Shown here: positions 49,400-60,893 of the stretch, one piece after another
Layout of the letters: every line of letters begins with the position of its first letter
Position numbering within the stretch: position 1 is the stretch's first letter
Assembly: GCA_963841915.1 (NCBI GenBank)
Contig: CAWJEN010000006.1
Coordinates: 1,536,001 to 1,600,000, forward strand
DNA: 64,000 bases
Direction: 5' to 3'
Origin: an uncultured Planctomycetota bacterium
Lineage (GTDB): Bacteria; Planctomycetota; Phycisphaerae; Tepidisphaerales; Tepidisphaeraceae
Made by a program: the position numbers and the translations under genes
Notes under the pieces: generated by a model
Databases searched by the model: none
Seen by the model: the letters and a program-made list of their open reading frames with translations, nothing else
What the model was told of the DNA's origin: nothing

Positions 49400-51919
49400 A
49401 TGACCGACCGACCCGGAGCACTGCGCACCGCGGGCTGGCTGAGTGCCGCCGCTCTTTGGCTGTTCTGCGCGATTGCGGTGGCCGACTTTTCTCCGCTGGA
49501 TTGGCCGACGCACGCGGTGCGGCCGGTGCCACAGGACGTGACGAACGTCGCCGGCAGCGTCGGGGCATTCGTCGCGTACCACCTTGTCGTTGCCATCGGT
49601 CCGGCCGTCTGGCCGCTATTGGCGGCGACGGGCGTGCTGTGCGCCTTCGGCTTTGCAGGATACAAGCTGAGCGACCTGTGGCTGCGGGCGCTGGGGCTGG
49701 TCGTGCTCGTCGCGGCTGTCGGCGGGATCACGACGCAGTTCGGTCTGGACGTTTACCGCCTGCCCGAGGGTGACGGCGGCGTCGTGGGTCTGGCTGTCAG
49801 TCACCACCTCGGTAATCACTTCGGCGTCGCCGGGACGAGGTTGGCGCTGCTGGTTGCAACGGTGGTGGGGCTGTTGCTGATGGCCGACGAGGTGTTCCTG
49901 CACTGGCCGGCGAAGGTGCTGGCCGGCTTCCGCAGTGCACGGGAGAAGGCAGAGGGCAAGACGCCTGTCGTGGTGACGGTGCCGTCGATCCCGCGGCCGA
50001 CCATGCCGAAGCTGTCGATGCCGACGTTGCCCCGGTTTCGGCTGAAGTTTGCGGAGAAGAAGGAGAAAAAGGTCGTCGCCGTCGCAGATACCAAGCCGAA
50101 GCGGAACCGGTTTGCCGACGATGACGGGCCTGCCCCGGACGCTCCAGACGTCGAGGCCGAGCTGCCGGACATCATCGCGCAGGAGGACGCACTCGAAGAG
50201 GAAGACGAGGCCGAGCTGCCAGAGGCACCGGAGACGGACGTCGAAGAAGCGCCCGGCCCGCCCAAGCGCGACCTGTCTAAGATCAAGGTGCGTCTGGCCA
50301 AGAACAACGTGCCCAAGCAGACGGCCCCAGTGCAGCAGGAGCTCGACGACTACGAGCTGCCCGATTGGGAAGATCTGGCCGAGCCGGAGAACGACTTTGC
50401 GGACAAGCAGGAAGAGTTTGTCCGCGAGAAGGCGGCCCAGCTCGAGGAGGCGTTCGAGGAGTTCAATGTCGACGCCAAGGTCGAGGCGATCGACACCGGT
50501 CCTGTCATCACGATGTACGAGATCAGCGTGGCCAAGGGCACAAAAGTCGCGCAGATCACCGGCCTGTCGAACGACCTCGCCCGCACGCTGTCAGCCGAGT
50601 CGATTCGCATCGTCGCCCCGATTCCCGGAAAGAACACGATCGGCATCGAGGTGCCAAACCAGGACAAGGAGAAGGTCCGGCTCAAGGACCTCATGCAGCA
50701 GGCGCCTGCCAAGACGCAGAAGATGCACATTCCGATCTTCCTGGGCAAGGATTCCCAGGGAAATCCGCTTATCGACGACTTGGCCCGGATGCCGCACTGC
50801 CTGATCGCGGGCACGACGGGCAGCGGCAAAAGCGTCTGCATCAACACGGTGATCATGTCGATCCTGTTCACGCAGCGGCCTGACCGTGTGAAGCTGATTC
50901 TCGTCGACCCGAAAGTGGTCGAGATGGCGCCATTCAAGGACGTGCCGCACCTGATGTGCCCGGTAATCACCGACGCCGCCAAGGCGGCGGGCGTGCTGGA
51001 GTGGGCGTGCACGAAGATGGACGAGCGTTACGAGCTGCTTGCCGAGGCGGGCGTTCGCAACATCGCTGGCTACAACGCGCTGGAGCGCGACGAGCTCATC
51101 GAGCGGATGGATCCGGCCACGCCTGAGGAAGAGGCCAAGATTCCCAAGCACATGCCGTACGTCGTCGTCATCATCGACGAGTTGGCCGACCTCATGATGA
51201 CCGGTGGCAAGGAAGTCGAAGCGAGCATCGTCCGCATCGCACAGAAGGCCCGAGCCGTCGGTATCCACCTGATTCTCGCGACACAACGGCCGCAGGCGAA
51301 TGTGGTGACGGGGCTTATCAAGGCGAACATGCCGAGCAAAATCGCCTTCCGCGTGAGCTCCAAGATGGACAGCCGCATCGTGCTCGACCAGAACGGTGCC
51401 GACCTGCTGCTGGGCCAGGGCGACATGCTCTACCTGCCACCCGGTGCGGCCCGGCCGATGCGAAGCCAGGGCACGTACATCGACGACAACGAGATTCGCC
51501 TGAGCGTCAAAAAGGTCAAAGCGTTGGCCGACGCCCAGTACGAGCCCGAACTCGTCCAGATCAAGAACGGCGTCACGGTCGACTCAGACGAAGAACGTGA
51601 CGAGCTGTACGAAGACGCGGTCCGCGTGGTCCTCGAAACCAAACGCGGCAGCGTGAGCCTGCTGCAGCGCAAGCTGACCATCGGCTACGCCCGGGCCTCA
51701 CGCATCATCGAAGCCATGGCCGCCGACGGGTTGGTGGGCGAGTACAAGGGTGCCCAAGCCCGTGAGGCGACGGTCACGCTTGAAGAGTGGGAACAGCTCA
51801 AAGCCGAGCAAGCCTCACCTGACGACGCTGTAGAAGACGCTGACGAGGAAGACCTTGAGGAGTACGAGGACGAGGCGTACGAAGAGGACGCCGACAACTC
51901 GACGCGCGAGGCGGCCTAG
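49400..51919 (+). CDS. ftsK: DNA translocase FtsK
   Basis: 4-TM N-domain, PHCLIAGTTGSGKS, DPK.VE, IDELADLMM, ATQRP, GQGDML, gamma domain S.SLLQRKL.IGY.RA. Confidence 0.95.
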   Translation: MTDRPGALRTAGWLSAAALWLFCAIAVADFSPLDWPTHAVRPVPQDVTNVAGSVGAFVAYHLVVAIGPAVWPLLAATGVLCAFGFAGYKLSDLWLRALGLVVLVAAVGGITTQFGLDVYRLPEGDGGVVGLAVSHHLGNHFGVAGTRLALLVATVVGLLLMADEVFLHWPAKVLAGFRSAREKAEGKTPVVVTVPSIPRPTMPKLSMPTLPRFRLKFAEKKEKKVVAVADTKPKRNRFADDDGPAPDAPDVEAELPDIIAQEDALEEEDEAELPEAPETDVEEAPGPPKRDLSKIKVRLAKNNVPKQTAPVQQELDDYELPDWEDLAEPENDFADKQEEFVREKAAQLEEAFEEFNVDAKVEAIDTGPVITMYEISVAKGTKVAQITGLSNDLARTLSAESIRIVAPIPGKNTIGIEVPNQDKEKVRLKDLMQQAPAKTQKMHIPIFLGKDSQGNPLIDDLARMPHCLIAGTTGSGKSVCINTVIMSILFTQRPDRVKLILVDPKVVEMAPFKDVPHLMCPVITDAAKAAGVLEWACTKMDERYELLAEAGVRNIAGYNALERDELIERMDPATPEEEAKIPKHMPYVVVIIDELADLMMTGGKEVEASIVRIAQKARAVGIHLILATQRPQANVVTGLIKANMPSKIAFRVSSKMDSRIVLDQNGADLLLGQGDMLYLPPGAARPMRSQGTYIDDNEIRLSVKKVKALADAQYEPELVQIKNGVTVDSDEERDELYEDAVRVVLETKRGSVSLLQRKLTIGYARASRIIEAMAADGLVGEYKGAQAREATVTLEEWEQLKAEQASPDDAVEDADEEDLEEYEDEAYEEDADNSTREAA

Positions 51920-51984
51920 CCGGTCGGTGCCCACGGGGGCGTGCGTGACCTGCTGTCGTTGCCGCTCCGGTGGTAGAATCGGTC

Positions 51985-53286
51985 ATGCCCGATGCCACCG
52001 CACCTCAGATGAACGGCCTGTCGACCCGCTCGCTCCACGCCGGCCACGTGGTCGACGAGCAGAAGTCGCGGGCGGTGCCGATCTACGCGACTTCGAGCTT
52101 TACGTTCGATAGCACCACCCACGCGGCCGAGTTGTTCGGGCTCAAGAGCTTCGGCAACATCTACTCGCGGCTCATGAACCCGACGGTCGACGTGCTGGAG
52201 AAGCGCGTGGCTGATCTCGAAGGCGGGGCGGCGGCGCTCGGTTTTGCCAGTGGCATGGCGGCCATCCAGGCGGCGATCTGCACGATCTGCCACAGCGGGC
52301 AGAACTTCGTCTCTGCCACGAGCCTCTACGGCGGCACGCACTCGCTCTTTTCTCACACGCTCAAGTCGCTCGGCATCGAGGTCCGTTACTTCGACCCGAC
52401 AAAGCCCGAAGAGATCGACGGACTTGTCGATGAAAACACGCGGTGTGTCTACGCCGAAACGATCGGCAACCCGAAGTGGGACGTGCCCGACCTCAAGGCC
52501 TTGGCCGAACGGGCCCACGCTTTCAAGTTGCCGCTGATCGTCGACAACACGAGCGCGAGCCCGGCCCTGTGTCGGCCGATCGAGCACGGGGCGGATGTCG
52601 TCGTTCACTCGACTACAAAATATCTCGGCGGACACGGCACGCACGTTGGCGGCATCGTTGTCGACTCTGCCAGCTTCGCCTGGGCAGACAATCCTGAGAA
52701 GTGGCCGGAGTTCTGCTCGCCCAACCCGGCCTACCACGGCATGGTCTTCGAAGAGTCCCTACGCGGGATCGGAAACGTGGCGTACATCATCCACATGCGG
52801 ACCAACTGGCTCCGCGACACCGGGGCAGCAATGAGCCCGTTTGCCGCCTTCCTGTTCATCCAGGGCATCGAGACGTTGGCCCTTCGCATGCGGGCCCACA
52901 GCGATAATGCGATGCGGGTGGCCCAGTGGCTCGAGGACCATGACGCGGTGGAGTGGGTGAACTACCCGGGCCTGCCGTCACACGCACAGCACGAGGTGGC
53001 CAAGCGGATGCTCGCCGATGGCTGCGGCGGATTAATGTCCTTCGGCGTCAAAGGCGGGAAAGAGGCGGGCGAGAAACTCGTCAACGCGGTGAGGCTCATC
53101 AGTCACCTCGCCAACATCGGCGACGCCAAGACGCTGATCATTCACCCGGCAAGCACGACGCATGCTCAGCTCGCTGAAGACGAACAACGACGCGCAGGCG
53201 TGTCACCGGAGACGGTGCGGCTGAGCGTCGGCATCGAAGACTTTGAGGACATCGTCGCCGACCTCGATCAGGCGCTGAAGGCCTGA
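51985..53286 (+). CDS. metY: O-acetylhomoserine aminocarboxypropyltransferase / sulfhydrylase
   Basis: PIYATSSF, GNIYSR..NPT, HSTTKYLGGHG (PLP Lys), HLANIGDAKTL.IHPASTTH. Confidence 0.9.
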   Translation: MPDATAPQMNGLSTRSLHAGHVVDEQKSRAVPIYATSSFTFDSTTHAAELFGLKSFGNIYSRLMNPTVDVLEKRVADLEGGAAALGFASGMAAIQAAICTICHSGQNFVSATSLYGGTHSLFSHTLKSLGIEVRYFDPTKPEEIDGLVDENTRCVYAETIGNPKWDVPDLKALAERAHAFKLPLIVDNTSASPALCRPIEHGADVVVHSTTKYLGGHGTHVGGIVVDSASFAWADNPEKWPEFCSPNPAYHGMVFEESLRGIGNVAYIIHMRTNWLRDTGAAMSPFAAFLFIQGIETLALRMRAHSDNAMRVAQWLEDHDAVEWVNYPGLPSHAQHEVAKRMLADGCGGLMSFGVKGGKEAGEKLVNAVRLISHLANIGDAKTLIIHPASTTHAQLAEDEQRRAGVSPETVRLSVGIEDFEDIVADLDQALKA

Positions 53287-53459
53287 CAAACCTCTGCGAA
53301 CGCGAGCGACGTGAGGGGTTCCAGACGCCTCACGTCGAAAGGTGCACTCCTGTTCCTTTGCTCGTCCGATTCGTCAATCCGTTGAAGTGCCTCGACTGCG
53401 CTCGGGATGATGGATGAACTCGCTACAGGAAAGCCAGCTCTAACGGCTACGCGCCAGCT

Positions 53460-53825
53460 CTAATTGCTGCGCGTAACGAGCCACAGGCCGTAGATGATCG
53501 CGAGCAGGCCGGCGACGTCGAGGCCGACCATGAACCACATGCCGCCCTTGCCGCCGAGCGCGTGCTGTGTGTCGACGACGGTCGACACAGCCATCAGCGG
53601 GGCCAGGGCGACGAGGGCGAGCCACCACCAACCGCTCATGCCACCCGAGCGAAGCAGCCACGCAGCAGCGAGTCCGACAGCGCCGCAGACGAGCCAGGCG
53701 ACAGGCCACGCCCACAACACCGTCTGGCCCTTCCACTTGAGGTAACCGAGCAACGCTGCCGACAGCGGATACGTCGCACCCACGATCAGCAGAATCATCC
53801 GGCCGGCGGCAACCTGTTCGTTCAC
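53460..53825 (-). CDS. Four-TM membrane protein
   Basis: Hydrophobic 121-aa ORF coupled to the M16 peptidase. Confidence 0.65.
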   Translation of the reverse strand: MNEQVAAGRMILLIVGATYPLSAALLGYLKWKGQTVLWAWPVAWLVCGAVGLAAAWLLRSGGMSGWWWLALVALAPLMAVSTVVDTQHALGGKGGMWFMVGLDVAGLLAIIYGLWLVTRSN

Positions 53826-56674
53826 TGGGCGGTCCGGGCCAGTGGCATCGGGACGACGGTCACCTCGCCGAACTCGGACAGCTGTTCCTCGACGATGTCC
53901 GCCGGAGCGACGACGACGATCGAGAAGTTCTCCGGATTGCCGTAGGTCGCAACGACGTTCTGGACGTCTTGGGCCGTGACTGCACTGATCTTTTCGCCGT
54001 AGGTGTTGTAGTAGTCGAGCGGGTAATCGTTCAGCAGGATGCTCGACCGAAGGCCCGACAGCTGGCCGACGGTCTGCTGGCTCAGCACGAGGCTGCCTGC
54101 GACGCGACGTTGCGCGTCGAGTAGTTCGACCTCGGTGACGGGCTCGCTGGCCATTGTTTTGAGCACGTCGAAAGCCGTGGTGATGGCCTCGGCTGTCGTC
54201 TCGGGTTTCGTGGCGAAGCCGACGGCGAAGTCGCCGCTGTGACGGCTCGGGCCAAAGCGCCCGCCAGCCCCATACGTCAGACCCTTCTCGGCCCGCATCG
54301 CACGGTTGAGTCGTGACTCAATGCCACCCGACAGAATTTGGGTCGCCACGCTGGCAGCGTACTTCTCATCGGAATCAGACTTAAACGAGCGATTGCCCAT
54401 GCGGACGGCCGCCTGACCGCCACCGGGGTTATCGACGAGTAGAATCTTCGGCTGGTAGTCGCCCAACGTGTACGTTTCGTCGGCGATCGCGTCGACGTCG
54501 GCAGACGTGACGTCGCCAAGCATCTTATTCGCAAAGGCTTCGGCCTCGTCACGGTTCATGTCACCGGCGAGGATCAGCGTGCGCTTCGGGTTCTTGTAGG
54601 CGGTGTCGGCGTAAGCGACGGCGTCATCAAGGCTGAGCCCGGCGATGACAGCGGGTGTGGCCGATCGACCTGCCGGCGCGTCACCGAACAGCAGCGTGTC
54701 GAACTCTCGAGCAGCGACGCCTGACGGGTCGGACAGGGCTTGCTGCAGTCCGCCCGCCGCTCGGGCTCGCAGGTTCATGAACTCGCGCTCGTCGAAGTTG
54801 GGTTGCGTCAACAACTCGCTGACGAAGTTGGCGGCCTCTTCGGATGCTTGTTTCGGGAAGCTGGCATTGACGCTCGTGTGGTCGCCGCCGTCACCGGCTG
54901 AGAGACTGATGCCAAGCGCATCGAGCTGCTCGTTCTGCTCGGTGGCGCTTCGGCCGGCCGAACCACGCGTCAGCAAATCGGCGGCGAGGCTGGCGAGGCC
55001 GACCTTGTTGTCAGGCAACGCGTCGCCACCAAAGCCGTTCATGATCAACGTCATGCCCACCAGCGGCAGACGCGTGTCTTGAATCAGGATCACATCCGTG
55101 TCGCCGACGGCGAACTCTTCACCCGTGTTGAAGTCAGCCGAAATGGTCTCGGTAGGGATGGGCGTCTTGGTCGGGTACGACTCAGGGAAGTCGAGCTTTG
55201 CGGCGTCCGACATCGGCTGCGTGCTCGGCGCTTCTTCGGCTGCCTCCATGCCCTCGACGGCAGCCTTGACCTGCTCGTCGGCTGTGTCGCCACCTTCGGG
55301 GTCACGACCGGGCAAGTATGTCAGGGTCGAGACCTTGCTGTCCTTGAGGTAGTGCTTGGCGACGCGGGCAATGTCATCGCTTGTGATGGCGTCGATCTTG
55401 TCTGCCTGGTTGTTCGCGTCCTGCGGGTCACCGCCAAATGCCCACGCCTCGGCGAGGCTACCGGCGACGCTGTCTGCCGTCTGCTGGCCACGCAGGATGG
55501 CGAGCTTCATCTGTGTCTTGGCCTTGGCGAGCTCTTCGTCCGTGACGCCTTCTTCGGCGACGCCGTTGAGCACGTCCATCGTTGCCTTCTCGACGGCCGC
55601 GGGATCCTGACCCGGGAGTACGAAGATGCTGGCGAACATGAGGCCTGCATCCTCGAGCCGGTACATGCCGGCCGACGCCTGCTGGGCGAGCGGCGGCTTG
55701 CCATCTGCACCGGCGACAAGCGCCTGATACATGCGGCTGGACCGGCCTGTGCCGAGGATGTTGCCGAGCACTTCCAGGGCGATCACGTCATCATCCGCCC
55801 AGCCGCCCGCCTTGAAGGCGAGCGTCAACGATGCAAGCGGGGCACGCTCGACATAGACGGTCTTTTCTTTCCGCTCGGTCTGCTCCGGCTCCGTCGGGCT
55901 CGGCCGCGGCACGTCGGCGCCGCGGGGAATCCAGCCGTAGTAGCTCTCGACCCACTCCTTGGCCTCATCGACGTCGAAATCACCGGCAATAGCCAGGACC
56001 GCATTGTTGGGAACGTAGTAGAGGTCGAAAAAGTCTTGCAGCTCTTGCGGCTGAGCCTCAAGCAGCTGATCCATATCGCCGATGGGCGTCCACTGGTAGT
56101 GCGACTCGTCGAAGGCGAGGTTGAAGAAGTCGATCGACTGCTTGCCGTAGGGCGGGTTGGCGACGCGGAGCAGGTACTCCTCGTTGACGACGCTGCGTTC
56201 GGTTGTGAACTTCTGTGCATCAACCTTGAAGGACGCCATGCGGTCGGCCTCGAGGTACAGGGCCATCTCGAGCGCGTTGCTCGGGACGGTGTTGACGTAG
56301 GCCGTCTGGTCGAACGAGGTGAAGGCGTTCGAGTTGCCACCGACGCCGTTGACAGAGGCCATGTGTTCTTCATTGGCCACGTGTTCACTGCCGCTGAACA
56401 TCATGTGCTCGAATAGGTGAGCAAAGCCTTGGCGATTGGGCTGCTCGTCCTTGGAGCCGACGTGGTAGAGGACGCGGACGTGGACGACGGGGGCATTGTC
56501 CATCGGCGCGTAAATGACGCGCAAACCGTTGTCGAGCGTTTGAGTCGTAAAGTCGATGTCGGGAACCACGATGTCGACGCTAACGGCGTCTTCCATTTGT
56601 GTCGCCGGCGAATCGGCAAGAAGCGTCGCGGCGGGCAGGGCGACAGCGAGGGACAGCAGCGGGGCGATGCGCAT
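53822..56674 (-). CDS. Exported M16 (pitrilysin-family) zinc peptidase
   Basis: Signal peptide, L.NGL, GFAHLFEHMMF (HXXEH), NAFTSFD.T.Y, second inactive half with GLTYG. Confidence 0.92.
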   Translation of the reverse strand: MRIAPLLSLAVALPAATLLADSPATQMEDAVSVDIVVPDIDFTTQTLDNGLRVIYAPMDNAPVVHVRVLYHVGSKDEQPNRQGFAHLFEHMMFSGSEHVANEEHMASVNGVGGNSNAFTSFDQTAYVNTVPSNALEMALYLEADRMASFKVDAQKFTTERSVVNEEYLLRVANPPYGKQSIDFFNLAFDESHYQWTPIGDMDQLLEAQPQELQDFFDLYYVPNNAVLAIAGDFDVDEAKEWVESYYGWIPRGADVPRPSPTEPEQTERKEKTVYVERAPLASLTLAFKAGGWADDDVIALEVLGNILGTGRSSRMYQALVAGADGKPPLAQQASAGMYRLEDAGLMFASIFVLPGQDPAAVEKATMDVLNGVAEEGVTDEELAKAKTQMKLAILRGQQTADSVAGSLAEAWAFGGDPQDANNQADKIDAITSDDIARVAKHYLKDSKVSTLTYLPGRDPEGGDTADEQVKAAVEGMEAAEEAPSTQPMSDAAKLDFPESYPTKTPIPTETISADFNTGEEFAVGDTDVILIQDTRLPLVGMTLIMNGFGGDALPDNKVGLASLAADLLTRGSAGRSATEQNEQLDALGISLSAGDGGDHTSVNASFPKQASEEAANFVSELLTQPNFDEREFMNLRARAAGGLQQALSDPSGVAAREFDTLLFGDAPAGRSATPAVIAGLSLDDAVAYADTAYKNPKRTLILAGDMNRDEAEAFANKMLGDVTSADVDAIADETYTLGDYQPKILLVDNPGGGQAAVRMGNRSFKSDSDEKYAASVATQILSGGIESRLNRAMRAEKGLTYGAGGRFGPSRHSGDFAVGFATKPETTAEAITTAFDVLKTMASEPVTEVELLDAQRRVAGSLVLSQQTVGQLSGLRSSILLNDYPLDYYNTYGEKISAVTAQDVQNVVATYGNPENFSIVVVAPADIVEEQLSEFGEVTVVPMPLARTAQ

Positions 56675-56760
56675 GATCGCCAAGGCTACGCACGCAAATT
56701 AAGAAGAAGCCGGCCACCCAAGGGCGGCCGGCTCCGGAAGCGTTGAAGATGCGAATGGTC

Positions 56761-57501
56761 TCAGGCCGTGACCTGCCGACGGCGCAGGCCGACGAGCGAG
56801 AGCAGCGAAAGGCCGGCCATTGCGGCCATGGGCTCCGGAATGACGACACCGATGGCTTCAACAGAAGCAACCAACTCGCCTGTTGGAACTGTCGTGGCAT
56901 CTAAAAGTTCGAGCCGAACCGTGTATTCGCCGGGACCAAAGTCGGGAACCAGAAAGCTCGCGGCAGCAACTGCCGTCAGGTTCACCGAATTTGAAATGAC
57001 GAATTGAGCATCGCTTGGTGAGTAGCCGCTTGTAAAGAACCCGTCACCGTCATCTAGGCTCTGATCAGACGAGAGAGTGTTGGCATCGGTGACTCTGAAC
57101 GCAGTCTGGTTGAAGGCAGTTGCAGAGGTTGGATCGATGTCAATCAGGAAGCGAATGAAGAAGTCGTTGTACGCTCCAGCATTAGAATTTCCGGGTGTAA
57201 ACTGGTAGTCAAACTGGAAATCGTCACTGTTTCCGACCACTCCGTCATCTTCGCGGATCGTGTATCGGTTGCCACTGACGCTACCAAGTGGCGGAAAGCG
57301 GTTCCGAATCTTCAACGCAAGCTGATCATTCGTCGTTTCATTTGTGGTGATGACGAAGTCAGTCCCTGGTATGCCGCTGCCCGCAAGAAACTCACTCGAC
57401 GTCCCCGTCTTAAATGGAGAAATCGTTGTTTCGGTGACGGTTCCAGCGCCAACTGGTGCAGCAGCAGCCGCAACAGCTGTGGCCATTAAGATGTGTTTCA
57501 T
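56761..57501 (-). CDS. PEP-CTERM sorting domain protein
   Basis: Signal peptide MKHILMATAVAAAA; C-terminal IPEP-TM-RRR; visibly AT-richer. Confidence 0.85.
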   Translation of the reverse strand: MKHILMATAVAAAAAPVGAGTVTETTISPFKTGTSSEFLAGSGIPGTDFVITTNETTNDQLALKIRNRFPPLGSVSGNRYTIREDDGVVGNSDDFQFDYQFTPGNSNAGAYNDFFIRFLIDIDPTSATAFNQTAFRVTDANTLSSDQSLDDGDGFFTSGYSPSDAQFVISNSVNLTAVAAASFLVPDFGPGEYTVRLELLDATTVPTGELVASVEAIGVVIPEPMAAMAGLSLLSLVGLRRRQVTA

Positions 57502-57567
57502 TGGTATTGATGTCTCTTCCCTGCCGCCTTGACCCCCCGGGACCATCCCAAGATTAAGGCAACGTAA

Positions 57568-58650
<1,083 letters not shown>

Positions 58651-58658
58651 GCATCTGA

Positions 58659-58730
58659 AGCGAGCCCCTATCGTCAGCGAGGGGTCTTGATCGGTCGTCC
58701 AGAGACCCTCCCTCACGGTCGGGGCTCGCT
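58659..58730. repeat. Imperfect inverted repeat (REP-like) between convergent genes
   Basis: agcgagcccctatcgtcagcgaggggtc / gaccctccctcacggtcggggctcgct. Confidence 0.65.
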
Positions 58731-58741
58731 CTGTGCGGGAC

Positions 58742-59164
58742 TCATCCGACCACGGGCAAACGACCTTTCGGGATCTTGTCGCGTTCGATCATCGACTTTC
58801 CGAGCACATCGTCGGCGTGCTTGCGGAGCTGCTCGGCACTCGTAAACAGGTGGTCGTACTCGTACTCGCCGCCGTGCCATTCGCAGCCGTCGGTCGTGTA
58901 AGTACGGCAAATTCTCGGCCGCGTCTCGTAGACGCCGCAGCGATTGTCGTCCTGCAAATGCTTGCATTTGCTGGCGAATGCGAGGTACCATTGGCCGTCT
59001 TCGACGAAGACGTGAACCGCCTCGTGCATGAGGTACCACCGGATGTTGTCGTAATCGTGGGCCGTCTCGGGGTTGTCCAGCGGCAGGGCAACTTGGCGGC
59101 AGCAGAGGGCTGCGCACTTGGCGCACAAGGGCGTGACGACTTTGCTGTCCTTGGTCTTCGACAT
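58742..59164 (-). CDS. YkgJ family cysteine cluster protein
   Basis: C..C...CC, C..L....C..YE.RP..CR.Y. Confidence 0.88.
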   Translation of the reverse strand: MSKTKDSKVVTPLCAKCAALCCRQVALPLDNPETAHDYDNIRWYLMHEAVHVFVEDGQWYLAFASKCKHLQDDNRCGVYETRPRICRTYTTDGCEWHGGEYEYDHLFTSAEQLRKHADDVLGKSMIERDKIPKGRLPVVG

Positions 59165-59213
59165 CGACCTCCACCATATCGGCAAGCCCCTGCCGACGCG
59201 CCAAGGCTCACGC

Positions 59214-60332
59214 ATGACGCCGAAGCTGCTGGCCGGGTTGCCCAAAACCAACATGTCGCTGTTTCACCGCTGCCGCTTCGCCGTCGGTGATCCGGCGGCA
59301 TGGCTGGAGCTGCCGGGCGAGACCGTCTTCATCTGCCGCGACATCGAAGTCGACCGGGCCAGGCAGAACGTCAAGGCCGACCGCGTGCTATGTCCGGCCG
59401 ATGTTGTCGATTGCGAGCAACTCAGCGGAGAGCGAGATGTTGCAACCGCTCAGGCCGTCGCGGCCTTGCTCACAGCGGCGGGGCAGACGGTCGTCTTCGG
59501 CGACCGATCGCTCGGACTCGTCTACAGCGACGTGCTTGGCGAAAGCGGCGTCGAGGTGAAGCTCGACCCCGACCTCGGCATTTCAGACCGCCGCAGCAAG
59601 TCAGCCGAAGAGATCGAGCGGCTGACGCATTGCCAGTCCGTTGCGGAAAAGGCGATGCAATATGCCGGCGACATCATCCACTTGGCGGGCGTCGACGGCC
59701 GTGGGCGGCTGACTCACGAGAGCGATTGCCTCACGAGCGAGCGGCTCAAGGCGATGATCGAGATCGTGTTGCTCTCGCACGGCTTTGCCAGTGACGGCGG
59801 CATCATCGTCGCCGGCCCGCCGGCCAATCACGATTGTCATGACGCGGGAACCGGGCCGTTGCTGGCAGACGATCCGATCATCGTCGACATCTTCCCCCGC
59901 GACCGGTCGTCGCTCTATTGGGGCGACGTGACGCGGACGTTCGTCCATGGCACGCCGAGTAAAGAGCTGCAAGAGATGCACGCGGCGGTTTGCCAGGCCA
60001 AGGCCGCGGCCATGGCCGTTGTGCGGCCGGGGGCGACCGGTGCGGACGTCCATGCTGCGACGGTCGCGACGCTTGAAGAACACGGCTTCCGTTTCGGCCC
60101 GGCCACTGATGACGAGCCCACCATGCCTCACGGCACCGGCCATGGCATCGGTCTCGAGGTTCACGAAGCCCCACTTCTGGACGGCAGGGGCGGGCCGCTC
60201 GTCGAGGGTGATGTCCTGACGATTGAGCCCGGCCTTTACGGCAAGCGGGCGGGTGGCGTCCGTGTCGAAGACATGGTTGTCGTCACCAGCGACGGGTGCG
60301 TCAACCTGAACATGCTGAGCGAGACGTTGTAG
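59214..60332 (+). CDS. Xaa-Pro peptidase (M24 family)
   Basis: D.FP, GD.TRT, HGTGHGIGLEVHE, TIEPGLY, GVRVED. Confidence 0.92.
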   Translation: MTPKLLAGLPKTNMSLFHRCRFAVGDPAAWLELPGETVFICRDIEVDRARQNVKADRVLCPADVVDCEQLSGERDVATAQAVAALLTAAGQTVVFGDRSLGLVYSDVLGESGVEVKLDPDLGISDRRSKSAEEIERLTHCQSVAEKAMQYAGDIIHLAGVDGRGRLTHESDCLTSERLKAMIEIVLLSHGFASDGGIIVAGPPANHDCHDAGTGPLLADDPIIVDIFPRDRSSLYWGDVTRTFVHGTPSKELQEMHAAVCQAKAAAMAVVRPGATGADVHAATVATLEEHGFRFGPATDDEPTMPHGTGHGIGLEVHEAPLLDGRGGPLVEGDVLTIEPGLYGKRAGGVRVEDMVVVTSDGCVNLNMLSETL

Positions 60333-60340
60333 AGTGCGTC

Positions 60341-60880
60341 GTGCGAATCATTGCGGGCGAGTTTCGCGGGAGAAAGCTTCTCGGCCCAGCCGATCAGGCG
60401 ACGCGGCCGATCACTGATCGGGTCAAGCAGGCGATGTTCGACACGCTTATGCCTTACCTGGCCGGGGGTGGCCACGTTTACGACGTTTTCGCCGGCACCG
60501 GTAGTTTTGGTCTGGAATCGATGAGCCGCGGCGCCAGTGGCTGCACGTTTTTCGAACGGCACAAGCCTGCCCTCGAACGGCTACGACGAAACATCGAGAC
60601 GCTCGGCATTGTTGCCGACTGCACCATCCGCGTTCGCGACATCTACAACGGCGAGTTCCTCGATTTGCCCGAGGCTGACGTGATCTTCCTCGACCCGCCT
60701 TACGAGCATGTTCGCAAGCGGACGGACGACGTGCAGCGGCTCATCGACAAGTTAAGCGAGCGGCTTAGGGGTGACGGCGTCATCGTGTTTCGGCACGACA
60801 AGGCCGACGACGACGTGTTCTTCGAGCGGGAGCAAAGCCGACGCTCCTGGGGCGGCATGACGGTCCGGCTGTGCCGCTAG
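60341..60880 (+). CDS. rsmD: 16S rRNA m2G966 methyltransferase
   Basis: RIIAGEFRGR.L, TRP..DRVK..F, FAGTGS.GLE..SRGA, FLDPPY. Confidence 0.88.
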   Translation: MRIIAGEFRGRKLLGPADQATRPITDRVKQAMFDTLMPYLAGGGHVYDVFAGTGSFGLESMSRGASGCTFFERHKPALERLRRNIETLGIVADCTIRVRDIYNGEFLDLPEADVIFLDPPYEHVRKRTDDVQRLIDKLSERLRGDGVIVFRHDKADDDVFFEREQSRRSWGGMTVRLCR

Positions 60881-60893
60881 AGGAAGCGGCGAC

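Noticed and set aside
53300..53412. Riboswitch or ncRNA after metY
   Set aside because: It lies 3' of the gene between convergent genes; only hairpins and a degenerate REP-like fragment, with no recognisable aptamer
44051..56640. KOPS (GGGNAGGG) polarity signal
   Set aside because: Only about three hits noticed, on both strands, so uninformative
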